Source: the human T2T-CHM13v2.0 reference genome, Homo sapiens
Direction: 5' to 3' (one strand)
NCBI RefSeq assembly: GCF_009914755.1
Contig: NC_060926.1
DNA: 64,000 bases
The notes under the pieces are model-generated. The model ran no database searches and was not told where the DNA came from. It worked only from the letters and a program-made list of their open reading frames with translations. Positions 1-16,842 of this stretch are shown here, piece after piece. The position numbers and the translations under genes are program-made. How positions within the stretch are numbered: position 1 is the first letter of the stretch; the number at the start of each line of letters is the position of its first letter.

Positions 1-253
<253 letters not shown>

Positions 254-351
254 CCTATTTGTCAATTTGGTTTTCAGTAATTGTAATTCTCTAAAACTTT
301 CAAGCTCAAAAGCTGAAGGTTTAAAAAGAACCCATTTGCTCAATACATTAA

Positions 352-840
<489 letters not shown>

Positions 841-1390
841 TTAAAAACTTCCAAATTATTTTGAACAAAATGCAACCAAAATTCGGAGCATTGTAGAACA
901 TTTAGGATGATTTTTATAAAGTAGTTTATCATAAAGGCTTTGCTGTTTCTAAGTCAATGGGTAGGCAGCAGGGAGAATTTTGTGATCCGTGTGTGTGTGT
1001 ATAAAAATTTGACAATTCAGCTTTCATTTCCATTGGCAGGCCACTACAGCTTGTTTGTACAATGTGCTAATTATACACATTCCACTGCAGTCCAAGTACA
1101 TTTCTGCTCCACAGGCTCTTGATTTAGTAAGAATACTGTTTCCCCCAGGATTCTGGCCACTAAAACTTATTACCTCAACAGCAAACTTTCTCTTCAGTGA
1201 TGAAACTTTGAAACTGGATTTATGATAGCGGTCAAAATGATGACAGATTTTTTTACCCAAAGGTAAAAACAGAATGAACTTTCCAACATTTTAATTTTAT
1301 TTAATACGTTCATTTTTTAAAAGAACTATTATTACAATGGACTGATTTCTCATTGGAAGCAGCTGATGACCCTGATATAAACTGGTGTCA

Positions 1391-2580
1391 AACCTGTTAG
1401 CATGGCTATAATTAAAAAGTTGAGATAATGTGTGTTGGTGAGGGTGTGGAGGAAAGGGAACCCTTGTACACTGTTGGTGGGAATATAAATTAGTACAGTC
1501 ATTACTGAAAACAGCATGGAGGTTCTGCAAAAAATTAAAAATAGGACTATCATATGGCCCAGCAATCCCTCTGCCAGGTATTTATCCAAAGAGATGAAGT
1601 CAGGCCGGGTGCAATGGCTCACGCCTTTAATCCCAGCACTTTGGGAGGCCGAGGCGGGCAGATCACTGGAGGTCAGAAGTTCAAGACCAGCCTGGCCAAT
1701 ATGGTGAAACCCCCGTCTACTAAAAATACAAAAATTAGCCAGGTGTGGTGGTGTACGCCTGTAATTCCAGCTACTTAGGAGGCTGAGGCAGGAGAATCGC
1801 TTGAACCAAGGAGACGGAGGTTGCAGTGAGCTGAGATTGTGTCACTGGACTCCAGCCTGGGTGACAGAGTAAAATTCCGTCTCAAAAAAAAAAAAAAAAA
1901 AGAAAAAAAGAAAACAAACCAACAAAACACACAAATAACCAAAGAAATGAAGTCAACACCTCATCGAGATATCTGCGCTCCCTTGTTCATTGCAGCATTA
2001 TTCACAATAGCCAAGATATGGAATCAACCCAAATGTCTATCCAATGGAGGAATGGATAAAGAAACTGTGGTATCTGTATCTCTCTATATAGATCAATACA
2101 ATGCAATATTATTCGACTTTAAAAAAGAAGATCTTTCCACTGATGACAGCATGGATGCTAAGTGAAATAAGGCAGACACAGAAAGAAAAATGTGCATGAT
2201 CTCTTTTATACATGGAATATTTTTTAAAAGTTGACTACATAGAAACAGTAGATTGACAGTTACTAGAGGTGAAGTGGGTGCAGGGGGTGCAGAATGGAGA
2301 GCTGTAGATCAAAGGGCACAGAGTTGCAGTTATGTGTTAATAGGATGAATAAATCTAGAGAGTGGAAGTACATCATAATGATTGTAGCTAATAATATTGT
2401 ACTACATACTGGAAATTTTCTATGAGTAGATTTTACATGCTCTTACCACAGACACAAAGAAGGATAACTGTGAGATGACAGATACATTAATTGACTTGAC
2501 TGTAGTAATCACTTCATATATCACTTCAAAACATTATGTTACATATTTATAACATAAATATATTCAATCAAATTGAAATA
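1391..2580 (+). mobile_element. L1MA-type LINE-1 3' fragment, interrupted by Alu
   Basis: ORF2 C-terminus remnant (FIAALFTIAKIWNQPKC) plus 3'UTR; flanked by 12-bp TSD aaactggtgtca at 1379-1390 and 2581-2592. Confidence 0.9.
1603..1938 (+). mobile_element. AluS inserted in L1
   Basis: Full dimer with A-tail; TSD ccaaaga(g/a)atgaagtca at 1586-1602 and 1939-1955. Confidence 0.97.
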
Positions 2581-5009
2581 AAACTGGTGTCATGTCACTG
2601 TTTACACAGTACTCATTCTGCTAAAGGAGACTCATTTGCAGCTAATACTTAATGTTTCAGGCATGCACCAGAAAATTGGGAGTGGAAAATGAATGAAATT
2701 ATTTTAGAACAGTTATTGCATCTATGTGAAAAATTAAGCTTCGCAGAATAATATAAAAACACACCTCATGCAGCTGTGTGTGTTATAATAATCTTTGGGC
2801 ATGATCTACTTAAGGTAACTACTGACTTTTGAAGTAAATTCTGATGCTTCTTCAGAAAATTCGCGTTTTCTGGTTTTCAGGTGACCAGTGTTATCATTAT
2901 GACATCCCAGCAGTGGATGCTAGATATCAACAAATATTTTTTGCAAGTTACACATTCATCTACAACCTAATATTTTAATTTTTCACTAAAAATGTGCTTT
3001 GACCTTTTCAAGCTGATTGATTGCTGCCAAGGGGTTTATTGCAAAAGAAATGTATGTTACCAAACAATGCAATAAATAAAGGTTGTAGATAAATTATAAA
3101 GTAAGTGACAAAACCACTGTACACAAGAACATTCAAACTACGGTTTCTGTGCTCTGTGATGGGCTACTCAGCCTCCCTTTCCTGCACATATTTCACTTCA
3201 CCTAAACTATACTTTCGCACATTTCCCACTGACCCTGCTGACATGTGGCCAGGCAGCTTCATGGACCTCCCAGGCTACAGCAGGCACTAGTGAAAGGTGG
3301 CTGGCAGCAGGGTCAGTACATCTCCCAACGCCACTGAGTCCCTGGAAACTTGTAACTGGACACACTGTAATTTGTCCAGCTGTCTTTCAGAGACCGTGTT
3401 AATTGCACCTTATCAGGGAATGGTTGAGAAAAGAGAGAAGGGTATTATAGCTGGTCTTCCTTAGATTTTTATCAGGAGTTACAGTGAGAACTCAGTTTAT
3501 TGCACAGGTCTCATCACTATTGTTCAAGACTGCTGGCAACTGAGAATGCCAAGGAGAGGGCTACTAAACCCATCCCAGCTTGTCGAATTCCACTGTTTTA
3601 ATGTTTTTCTAACAATGAAGTGCCCGATAGACGTCAACTGCCTGGGATTGTCTTGAGAAAACCTGGATGTACAGTCACCCCAATTGTGATCCATTGCTCT
3701 GCTTATCCTACAACTTCCTGATGAAACATCATCTTGCACTGATTTTACACACAACCTCTATGTACTAAAAATGACCTTTCATTTAAATGTAAAGGAAAGG
3801 GTGAGGCTGCAGTTAAAAATGAGACAATGTGAAGCTAAAAGACAGATGGCAACTCAGTGGGCGCGTTCAGATATCCCAGCTAACCTCTCCTGGAAGCCAA
3901 ATCCCAGGGACAATTTCTGGTCATTTTCTTGCTGGAGCTATTTTCAGTTACAGCAGGCTGAATTCTCCAGGGGAAGAGGAAAACTGGGTAATTTGTCTTA
4001 CTTTTCCTTCCTAAGTCCAGGGCCTACACAAGTTTGGGCCTACAGCACTGAAATCCCCTTTGAACTGTGCCCCGAGTGAAGTGTCAGGAAACCGCTGCTT
4101 TTTTCTGGTGGGGGAAAGGGTGTTGTAGGTCCAAAGTTGTATTGGAGACCAGCTGTATACAAGTCGTGTAAACTTTATTGTCTGAGGACTTCATCACCTG
4201 TATAAAGGCCCTCACAGTACGGACTGCCAACACATCTGGGTCAGAACAGCTGGGAACAATTTTTAGTTGGAAAAATAACTTACGTGGAAAAGGAGCATAA
4301 ACTTTCATCATATATTGGCTGGTTGTAAACTAAGGCCATGGCAAGAAAAAATGCGGATGGCTTGTTTTTCTATTTGGTTAGAGTCAGCTATTTCTGGGGC
4401 ACATACGGCACACAGTTCTTAGGTGACAGGACCCTGTCATAAAATGAACTGGTCACCTTATTAGCTTTTCTGAGTCCTTCACTAGTGGATTTTGGAAAAC
4501 AGATGCTAAATGTTTAACAAAATCCACATACAGTTTATTAAGGCTTTTCCACAGTTACCCAATCTACACAATATGCCAGTAGGAAAAAGCATTTCAAAGT
4601 AAACAAGGATGAATTAACACAGATTAAAATTGTATATCTTAATATCAAATAATGCCATGTGGACTTAGGAGACCAGATGACTGACTGGAGATGGCCAGAC
4701 AGGAGAAGATAGCAGAGAGGGTCCTGTCCAGAGGCAGAGGAAAACCATATTGTAAATTTGGAATCACTGACTGTTTTAATCATCAGATAGCTTGCTCTTT
4801 TCCTGGTGGAGAAAGCAAAAAGCATGAGGCAGCCTCAATCCACAGAGTGTCTGAGAAATAGAACTACCCATGGTACTTGGAAACTTGACCTTGTCAACTC
4901 CGAAAGTGCTGTTTGCCCAAAAGCCATATAAATGGTTAGTTTTTTTAAAACTTCACTTGACCTACTATTCAACTATTCTTTAGATATTTTAATGTTTCTA
5001 ATCTAAAGA

Positions 5010-5133
5010 ATTTTTTATTGTGGTAAAATATACATAACATTTACCATTTTTGCCACTTTTAACTGTACAACTCACTGGCATTAAGCACTTTCATGGTATT
5101 GTTTAACCATCACCATTATCTATTTCCATAACT
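5010..5133 (-). mobile_element. L1M 3'-end fragment
   Basis: ttttattgtggtaaaatatacataacatttaccatt...aaccatcaccattatctatttcca is the reverse of an L1MB-type terminus. Confidence 0.7.
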
Positions 5134-5605
5134 CGATTTCTGATTTTTCGAGCTTCTCCAAGATACAATATGTATGCCCAAAGAGAGAAAGATGCACGAT
5201 TTTGCTGGGATCAATAAGCAATTGTTGGTTTGCATTCTTCTGGCTAGGCATGTAGACTATTACAGAGACCAGCTCTTGTTAGGAATGCCTGTATCTGTCA
5301 ACATATTGTACTTTACCCTCTTTTGAACTTTGCTTTTATTCTAGGATGATTGTAAACCAGAGAAAAGCAACAGAAATCTATAAATGCCCTAAAACATTTC
5401 AACAGGACTATATGACTGGCATGGGAGCTGTGGGGACTTTATTATGTTCATATTTGGAAAAAGTCGTTTAAGCCCTGCAATGATTAGATGTGACTGTGTG
5501 GGTTAATTATGTAGGAGAAGAGATAGTTTCGTTTTAAATTTCTGCAATTCAAACTGTGTATAAATATCATTTAAAATGAAGATCCAAATCATCCTGGAGA
5601 AAAAC

Positions 5606-6350
5606 TCACTGGCCATCAGAGAAATGCAAATCAAAACAAAAATGAGATACCATCTCACACCAGTTAGAATGGCAATCATTAAAAAGTCAGGAAACAACAG
5701 GTGCTAGAGAGGAAGTGGAGAAATAGGAACACTTTTACACAGTTGTGGGAGTGTAAACTAGTTCAACCATTGTGGAAGACAGTGTGGCGATTCCTCAAGG
5801 ATCTAGAACTAGAAATACCATTTGACCCAACCATCCCATTACTGGGTATATACCCAAAGGATTATAAATCATGCTGCTATAAAGACACATGCACACGTAT
5901 GTTAATTGCGGCACTATTCACAATAGCAAAGACTTGGAACCAACCCAAATGTCCGTCAATGATAGACTGGATTAAGAAAATGTGGCACATATACACCATG
6001 GAATACTATGCAGCCATAAAAAAGGATGAGCTCATGTCCTTTGTAGGGACACGGATGAAGCCGGAAACCATCATTCTGAGCAAACTATCGCAAGGACAGG
6101 AAATCAAACACCGCATGTTCTCACTCAAAGGTGGGAATTGAACAATGAGAACACTTGGACACAGGATGGGGAACATCACACACCAGGGCCTGTCATGGGG
6201 TGGGGGAGGGGGGAGGGGTAGCATTAGGAGAAATGCCTAATGTAAATGACAAGTTTATGGGTGCAGCACACCAACATGGCACATGTATACATATGTAACA
6301 AACCTGCACGTTGTGCCCATGTACCCTAGAACTTAAAGTATAAAAAAAAA
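5606..6350 (+). mobile_element. L1PA (PA4/PA5-like) 3' fragment inside the ZNF retrocopy
   Basis: ORF2 C-terminus (ORF 5701-6141, LVQPLWKTVWRFLKDL...) and primate L1 3'UTR ending ccctagaacttaaagtataaaaaaaaa. Confidence 0.97.
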
Positions 6351-6592
6351 TGTGGTAAAGCTTTAGGCTGTTCCAGTTACCATTGCAAACATGAAAGAAC
6401 TCATAGTGGAGAAAAACTACAAATGTAAGCAATATGGGAAAATATTTAATTTTCCCAGTTTTCCTCAAAGATATGAAAGCAATCAAACTGGAGAAAGAAA
6501 ACCTATAACTGTAAGAAACATGATTTGAAAAAGTGAAAGGACTCACACTGAAGAAAAGCCTTACGGTATAAGAAATGTGGTCAGGCATTTAG

Positions 6593-6907
<315 letters not shown>

Positions 6908-7383
6908 TAGTTCTTTTAGTTGCATTTGCTGACTTAAAATATCTCATTCTGGAGAGAAGCTCTGTGAATGTATGAGATGTGGGAATGCCTTTGCTTTTCC
7001 CATATCCTTTCATAGACGCGTGATCATGCACACAAGATGGACCCTATAAACAGGAGAATCACACCTGACTGGATCCCGAGTAGTGTGGAAAATACAGAAA
7101 AGTTCTCAATTTTAACAATTACTTTCAAAGTCATGTGAAAACTCGTACTGGAAGGAAATATTGTAAATAATATTGAAAGCCTGTTGCAAATTCATTATTG
7201 TATAATGCTTGAAAAAAATTTACAACATGAAAGAAATGTTATATGAATTATATATATATATTGTGTTTATCAGTGGCTCATTATTAAAGAAGGTCTCTGG
7301 ACTATAGATTTCCACTGTTTTTGCGATAAAAGATTGAGGTGAAAATTCTGTAGGTACCTTTTGAGTGATAATTGTTTAATTAA

Positions 7384-7813
<430 letters not shown>

Positions 7814-9281
7814 TATATTCCAACTTTTTATTATTATGGAAAAAACTTATCTTTTTTGTTATAAAAAAAGGTTTTTTTTTTAATAAAGAGTTGATGTCAG
7901 TTTGTAAAATAGTAAAAAATCAAAATAAAAATGAAGATCATTGTAAAATGAAATGTCAGAATATGCGTGCATTGAACGAAATCAACAAAACACAGACCTG
8001 AGTAACTTTAGAATTTTAATCTCCATGAAGCTCAAGATATTCAGATCTAACAACTTTGGTGCTTACAGAACATTTATATCTTCTAACTGTCCCATGTGAA
8101 TATCCCACATAGACTCTCACCAGCCATGACCCAACTCCAGGTAGCAATGAAGGCTTGTTGAAGTCCCATTTGGAGCATTTATGGTCTATTCCTGGCCCCT
8201 ACTCTTCTATTCTGAAATCATGGTTGCAAAAGGCTCAGAATTTAAAGGCTTAATTATAAATGTCTCTTAAAGAGAAAAATGGAAAGGGGACTAGTTTAAT
8301 GGAACAATTCATTTTATGAGTCAAATAGTGATATCCATCATTAATTACATGTGATGCAAATATGGCCAAATGTTAGCACTTGTTAAATCATTATGGCTAC
8401 TATATGGGTATTGTTTTTATTATTTTCTGCGCTTTCTGGACCTACCATTCCAAAAGTGAAAAAATGTAATTTATAGAATTGACAAAGCAGAGAACATTTT
8501 CCTCCTGGGGTAAGCAAGGAAAATTTCAACATTATATTATTTTTGGAATTGACTGGACTTCCTACTCCTAAGCAATCTTACCTGCACATCTTTTGAAATA
8601 GACTTAATTGCTGCCTAGAGCTCATAGAAGGATCTCACAGCACTGCTCCAGGGCACTGAAGCTTACAGTGAAAGCACATTTTCAGCAAGTACTGAAGATT
8701 GTCTCCACGTTGGCTGGTTTGAAACTGTGGTGAGTGAATTCAGAAAATAAATAGTGTTGATTCTTTAGAGCTTTGAGGCTTTGAAGAAAATAATAACCCT
8801 TAGTAATTAACATGCCTGTTTGTTTTTAGATCTTTTGAATGTAATCCAGGAAAGGAATGGAAAGGAAAGAAGTGCTCAGAAAGCTCCCAGAAGCATTTTG
8901 GCACTCACCAAAGCAGCCGGAAGATGAATAACACAGTGGGGATAGATGGCTAAGTGGGTCCTATTTATGTGTTATTCATCGACACTAGAAAACGTGCTTT
9001 AATTCAAAGCATTGTTTTCTCTTCAAGTGTCTCCAGTCAGCATCACGTAGCTTTACTAAATGCTTTTGGTAATGCTAGAGTTATTTCAGCGTACCAAGTG
9101 TCTTTGAGTAGTCCCTTAAGGAAATAAAGCTAAGAAAAGAAGAGGGCAGACAGAGGGCATTCGACCACAAAGAGTGAGAATTTCATTGGCTTGTAGAAGA
9201 ATCCTTCTTGGAAATGGAATAGTTTATAGCAGAGATTCCCAGGCACACATGTTCTTAAGAACAAAGGGGCCTTTGGAATGC

Positions 9282-9590
9282 TGTATCAGTGAGGATGCTT
9301 TTAGTTGCAAGTAACTGCAGATCCAACTCCAGACTGGTTAAGCCAAGAGGAGATTTATTATCTTGCGTAACAAATGCTTAAGTAGCCGTGCTTCACCCAA
9401 GGCACACTGGGCTTCTGGTTCCACTTCTCTGTGGCTTCTGGATTTGTCCTCTTCTCTTTGTGGGCTTCATCCTGCAGCAGCTCTGAGCATCACATCCACT
9501 CACAACAGAGTCTTGTGGTCTGTTTGGCCCCGCCTTGCCTGGACATGTGTATGTTCATTAGGGAGTACTGATTCTTCTCAATGAGGAGGT
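9282..9590 (-). mobile_element. Old MaLR LTR fragment (MLT1J/N-like)
   Basis: tgtatcagtgaggatgcttttagttgcaagtaac...ggagatttatt is typical of the reverse MLT1 3' end. Confidence 0.6.
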
Positions 9591-9899
9591 GCTGGAACCA
9601 GCTGCCAGTGAGGACAGCAGAGGTTGAAAAGACTGAGAGGTACTAGAAAAGTAAGAAAGGAATGTATAATTGTGAATAGGTTAACCCCAGCTCTTGAGGA
9701 GGACGTGCCTACCTTCAGTCACCTTTTTCCGACATCTGGGATAAAACAAACCAGCAAATCAAGTGAGAGCAATACCGCACTCCACAGTTTACTGCTGGCA
9801 TAACCCCTTAAAAGAAGAAACAAAATCTTAAGTGATCGTAAATGAAAGAGGTACTCTAAGCAGAGACACATGTTTTCCAAGTTAAGGCAAGAGCAATAG

Positions 9900-10349
<450 letters not shown>

Positions 10350-10364
10350 CTTTATATTTGTTAA

Positions 10365-10480
10365 TATAAGCATTATGACAGCAGGATTTTTTTTTTCTTA
10401 TTCACTACTGGATCTGCAGTGATTAGACCAATGAATAACACACTGTATATTCTCAATAAATATCTGTCAAATGAATGAGT
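10365..10480 (+). mobile_element. L2 3' end
   Basis: ctcaataaatatctgtcaaatgaatga tail. Confidence 0.65.
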
Positions 10481-10484
10481 CATG

Positions 10485-11450
<966 letters not shown>

Positions 11451-11583
11451 CTCATTGCAGATCTTCCACATTCTAACACAATTTTTAAGCAGAGACTTCA
11501 TAGCTGGAGAGTGACTTTATTGAGCAAACGTACAATATTGGCTCAGAAATGGAGGACTTATAAAAACTGTTTCTAGGTGGGAT

Positions 11584-13025
11584 AGTGTCTGGAATTTGTG
11601 GGTTCTTGGTCTCACTGACTTCAAGAATAAAGCTGCGGACCCTCGTGGTGAGTGTTACAGTTCTTAAAGATAGTGTATCCGGAGTATGTTCCTTCTGATG
11701 TTCAGACGTGTTCGGAGTTTCTTCCTTCTGGTGGGTTCGTGGTCTCACTGGCTTCAGGAGTGAAGCTGCAGACCTTTGCGGTGAGTGTTACAGCTCCTAA
11801 GGCGGCGCGTCTGGAGTTGCTCGTTCCTCCTGTCCGGAGTTGTTCGTTCCTCCCGGTGGGTTCGTGGTCTCGGTGGCCTCAAGAGTGAAGCTGCAGACCT
11901 TCACGGTGAGTGTCACATCTCATAAAGACAGTGTGGACCCAAAGAGTGAGCAGCAGCAAGATTTATTGCAAAGAGCGAAAGAACAAAGCTTCCACGTTGT
12001 GGAAGGGGACCCAAGCAGGTTGCCACTGCTAGCTCGGGCAGCCTGCTTTTATTCCCTTATCTGACCCCACCCACATCCTGCTGATTGGCCCATTTTACAG
12101 AGAGCCGATTAGTCCGTTTTGACAGGGTGCTGATTGGTGTGTTTACAATCCCTGAGGTAGACACAGAGTGCTGATGGGTGTATTTACAATCCTCTAGCTA
12201 GAGGTAAAAGTTCTCTAAGTCCCCACTAGATTAGCTAGACACAGAGCACTGATTGGTGCATTTACAAACCTTGAGATAGACACAGGGTGCTGATTGGTGC
12301 GTTTACAAACCTTGAGCTAGACACAGAGTGCTGATTGGTGCCTTTACAATCCTTTAGCTAGACATAAAAGTTCTCCAAGTCCCCACCCCACCCAGGAGCC
12401 CAGCTGGCTTCCCCTAGTGGATGCTGCGCCGGGGCAATGGGTGGAGCTGCCTGCCAGTCCCACACAGTGCACCCGCACTCCTCAGTCCTTGGGCGGTTGA
12501 TGGGACCAGGCGCGGTGGAGCACGGGGCGGCGCCTGTCGGGGAGGCTCGGGCCATGCAGGAACCCACTGCAGGGGGGCTTGGGCATGGCGGGCTGCAGGT
12601 CCCGAGCCCTGCCCCGCAGGAAGGCGTCTGAGGCCCAGCAAGAATTTGAGCGTGGCGCGGGCCGGCCAGCAGTGCTGGGGGACCTGGCGCACCCTCCGCA
12701 GCTGCTGGCCCGGGTGCTAAGCTCCTCACTGCCTGGGGCCAGCGGCACCGGCCGGCTGCTTCAAGTGCGGGCCCACTGAGCCCGCGCCCATCCAGAACTC
12801 GCACTGGCCAGTGAGTGCTGCACGCAGCCCTGGTTCCCGCCTGTGCCTCTCCCTCTACCCCTCTCTGCAAGCAGAGGGAGCCGGCTCCAGCCTCGGCCAG
12901 CCCAGAGAGGGTCTCCCACAGTGCAGCAGCAGGCTGAAGGGCTCCTCAAGCATGGCCAGAGTGGATGCCGAGGCCGAGGAGGTGCTGAGAGTGAGTGAGG
13001 CCTGCTAGCACGTTGTCACCTCTCA
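11584..13025 (-). mobile_element. Full-length solo LTR12 (ERV9; LTR12C/D-like)
   Basis: Ends match TGAGAGGTGACA...CCGGACACA in reverse; tandem gctgattggtg...tttacaa units; GC-rich U3; repeated gtgaagctgcagacc U5 units; 4-bp TSD GGAT at 11580-11583 and 13026-13029. Confidence 0.96.
12030..12365 (-). promoter_or_regulatory. ERV9 LTR enhancer/promoter: tandem CCAAT (NF-Y) units and AATAAA-type TATA box
   Basis: Five gattgg (CCAATC on minus strand) units between 12083 and 12338; minus-strand GGGAATAAAAGCAGG at about 12042-12056; established ERV9 LTR architecture. Confidence 0.7.
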
Positions 13026-13094
13026 GGATGATGTAGGGGAAGGAGGGAGGAAGTGACCAGGACAGGAAATAACATTTCACAAGAAGTGCTCTTA

Positions 13095-14350
13095 AGGGAG
13101 GAAGGTTAGAATGATCCATGTGGTATTGGATTAGAGTTAGAGACATCAGAATGAACTCACGAATTTAGCTTAATATAGCTACAGATGGTTACAAATAGAT
13201 ATTTGCAGATATGTATCGATTCATGGATTAGTATGTATAGATACATACATTTTATTGCTCTGTCAGCTAAAAGGGCCTAGAAACCACAACACCCCAATAG
13301 TAATGAGCACCCCTAGCACCCAGATCTTGGTTTCTAATACCATTCTCTAGTAAAAGAAACCAGGAATCACTGGAGAAATGGCTGATTCTAGGGCTGCACT
13401 AATAACATACAAAAGGAAACTATAGTGCCAGAAAGTAAGGAAGTGCTGGGGTAAAAAGATAGGGGTATGTCAAAGGGATGCAAGAGCCAACTGAAAAGGT
13501 TACCAATGGCCAAAGCTTGAACAACTTGAGCAATAAAGTAAATAATGTAGTATTGGCTGATAACCCAAAGTATAAAATAAATGTTAATCCACCTAACAGA
13601 AATACATGATTGTATGAATAAATAAATGGGGGAGAAGAGATAAATCTCCCTTGCAGAAGAATTCCAAATAATTTATGTAGATACTCCCCCATCAAGGAGG
13701 TGGAAGATATTCTTACCCCTTAAGTGGGGGCTGCATATAATGACTTCTTTCCAAAGAGTCCAGGATGGAAAGAAGGGAGAAAAGAGTAACTTTACAGTGG
13801 AGAAGTCTGATAAACCCTACCTCAATCAGAAGATCAAGTTAATATCAATAGTGATAAGTCAACTTGATAGTTAGGTACCCTTCAGGTGATGCCATGAGAA
13901 TGGTACTTTATCTCAGTGGTCTTCCTTCCAAAAACCCATAACCCCTATCTAGCCATGAGAAAAATGCCAGACAAACTCAAAGTGAAGAATATTCTATAAA
14001 ATGCCTGACACCTGACCAGTATTTCTCAAAACTATTAAGGTCATCAAAAATAAGGAAATTCTGAGAAACTGTCACAGCCAGGAGGAGCTTAAGTAGACAT
14101 GACAACTAAATGTAACATTGTATCCTGGATGAAATCCTGGGGCAGAAGAGAGATGTTTGGTTAAAACTAAAGAAATTTGAATTAACTAAGGACTGTAATT
14201 AAGAAGACATCAATATTTTTTAGTTTTGATAAATATGCCATATGAATGTGAGATGTTAATAAGAGAAACCAAGAATGGAATATTCAGGAACTTTCTGTAC
14301 TATATTTTCTTTTCTGTAAATCTAAAACTATTCTAAAATTTAAAGTTTGT
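13095..14350 (+). mobile_element. L1MC/MD 3'UTR fragment
   Basis: cagatcttggtttctaataccattctc...ggagaaatggctgattctagggctg; ends aaatctaaaactattctaaaa. Confidence 0.85.
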
Positions 14351-14399
14351 CAAAAATTAATTGGGCTGCTAGGGCAGCAACAACAACAATAAAAAAGAC

Positions 14400-15310
<911 letters not shown>

Positions 15311-16108
15311 ATTGATGGCTGTCACTTTTTAATCCAGTCTAAAAATCTATACTTTCTAATTTCAGTGTTTAATCTCTTACATTTGATTGATGTAATTTCT
15401 GGTGGTGTGAGTTTATGAATCATGTTGCTTTGTTTTCCATGTGTTCTTTCTTTCTTTGTTCCTTCTTGACTGCCTTCTCTTAGATTATTTTCACATTCTT
15501 TTTATCTTCTTTATTGCTTCTTACCTATGTCTCTTTGGGTTTTTTTTTTTAAATAATGATGGCTCTAGTGATTTCAATATGCAACCTTAATTTATCATTG
15601 TCTACACTGAATAAATATTATAGTACTTCATGGACAGAATAATGACTTAAAACACTATAATTCCATTTACAGCCTTTATCCCTTTGTGCTATTTTGTTAT
15701 GTGTTTCACTTCTACGTATGTTACAAACCCCACAACACTTGCTATTATTTTTATCTAAACACTCAAACATCTTTTCAAAATTAAAAAAATAAAAACTAGT
15801 CTTTTATATTTACCCACATATTTACCTTTTTTAGTGCTTTTCATTCCTTCCTGTAGATTCCTTCTGAAATCTGGCTTCCATCTGGGATAACTTCCCTTTA
15901 GCTGAAAAAAACTCTAGAGATTTTAGTGATATAAACATATAAACAAAATGGCCCATTTCTTGTAGTTTGGGTCTGTTGGTAACACATTCTCTGAGCTTTT
16001 TTTTTTTTTTTCCATTAAAAGTGTCTTTATTTCCCCCTCATTCTGAAGTTTATTTTCACAGGATGTAGAATTCTAGGTTGATAATTGTTATGTATTTTTA
16101 AAACACTT

Positions 16109-16424
16109 GGCCAGGCACGGTGGCTCACGCTTGTAATCCTAGCACTTTGGGAAGCCCAGGCGGATGGATTGCCTGAGCTCAGGAGATTGAGACCAGCCTG
16201 AGCAACATGGTGAAACTCGTCTCTACTAAAATACAAAAAAAAAAAAAAAAATTAGCCGGCATGGCAGTGTGTGCCTGTAGTCCCAGCTACTCAGGAGGCT
16301 GAGGTGGGAGAATTGCTTGAACCCAGGAGGCAGAAGTTGCAGTGGCTGAGATTGTGCCACTGTACTCCAGCCTGGTGACAGAGTGAGACTCCGTCTCAAA
16401 AAATAAAAACAAACAAACAAAAAA
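16109..16424 (+). mobile_element. AluS
   Basis: Full dimer. Confidence 0.96.
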
Positions 16425-16544
16425 ACCATTTCAATGATATGGTTTTACTCTATTCTGAATTCTATTATTTCTGATAAAAAGTCAGTTGTCATCCATGTCT
16501 CTCCTCCCACATTCCAAACCCCCTCTTTCTCCCAAATATAAAGT

Positions 16545-16842
16545 GTATTTTTTTCTTTGACTTTTTTTTTTTTTTTTTTTTGGAGACAGGGCCACAGTTC
16601 TGTCCCAGGTTAGAATGCAGTGAGTTTTGTTTTTGCCACAACTCACTGCAGCCTCGACCTCCCAGGCTCAAGTAATCCTCTTGCCTCAGCCTCCTGAGTA
16701 GCTAAGACCACACACCACCATGCCTGGCTAATTTTTTATTTTTTGTAGAGACGAGGTATCATTATATTGCCCAGGATGGTCTCAAACTCCTGGACACAAG
16801 CAATCTGCTCAACTTACCCTCCCAAAATGCTAGGATTATATA
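16545..16842 (-). mobile_element. AluJ
   Basis: Diverged reverse dimer. Confidence 0.9.

Noticed and set aside
2861-2900. Splice-acceptor-like ttttctggttttcag|gtg
   Set aside because: No supporting ORF or convincing paired donor; such motifs are common by chance
3590-3682. Possible hAT-Blackjack (MER94-like) terminus
   Set aside because: Similarity too short and diverged to support from memory
4084-4311. 75-aa minus-strand ORF in unique DNA
   Set aside because: No recognisable domain or exon structure; length expected by chance
5701-6141. 146-aa ORF
   Set aside because: C-terminal fragment of L1 ORF2p from a 5'-truncated L1PA, not a host gene
12080-12360. Regularly spaced ~40-bp repeats superficially like a CRISPR array
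   Set aside because: They are LTR12 tandem enhancer units with no unique spacers; eukaryotic DNA with no cas genes
12358-13008. Cluster of GC-rich ORFs and CpG-island-like sequence
   Set aside because: All lie in the LTR12 U3 region; not a host gene promoter or CDS
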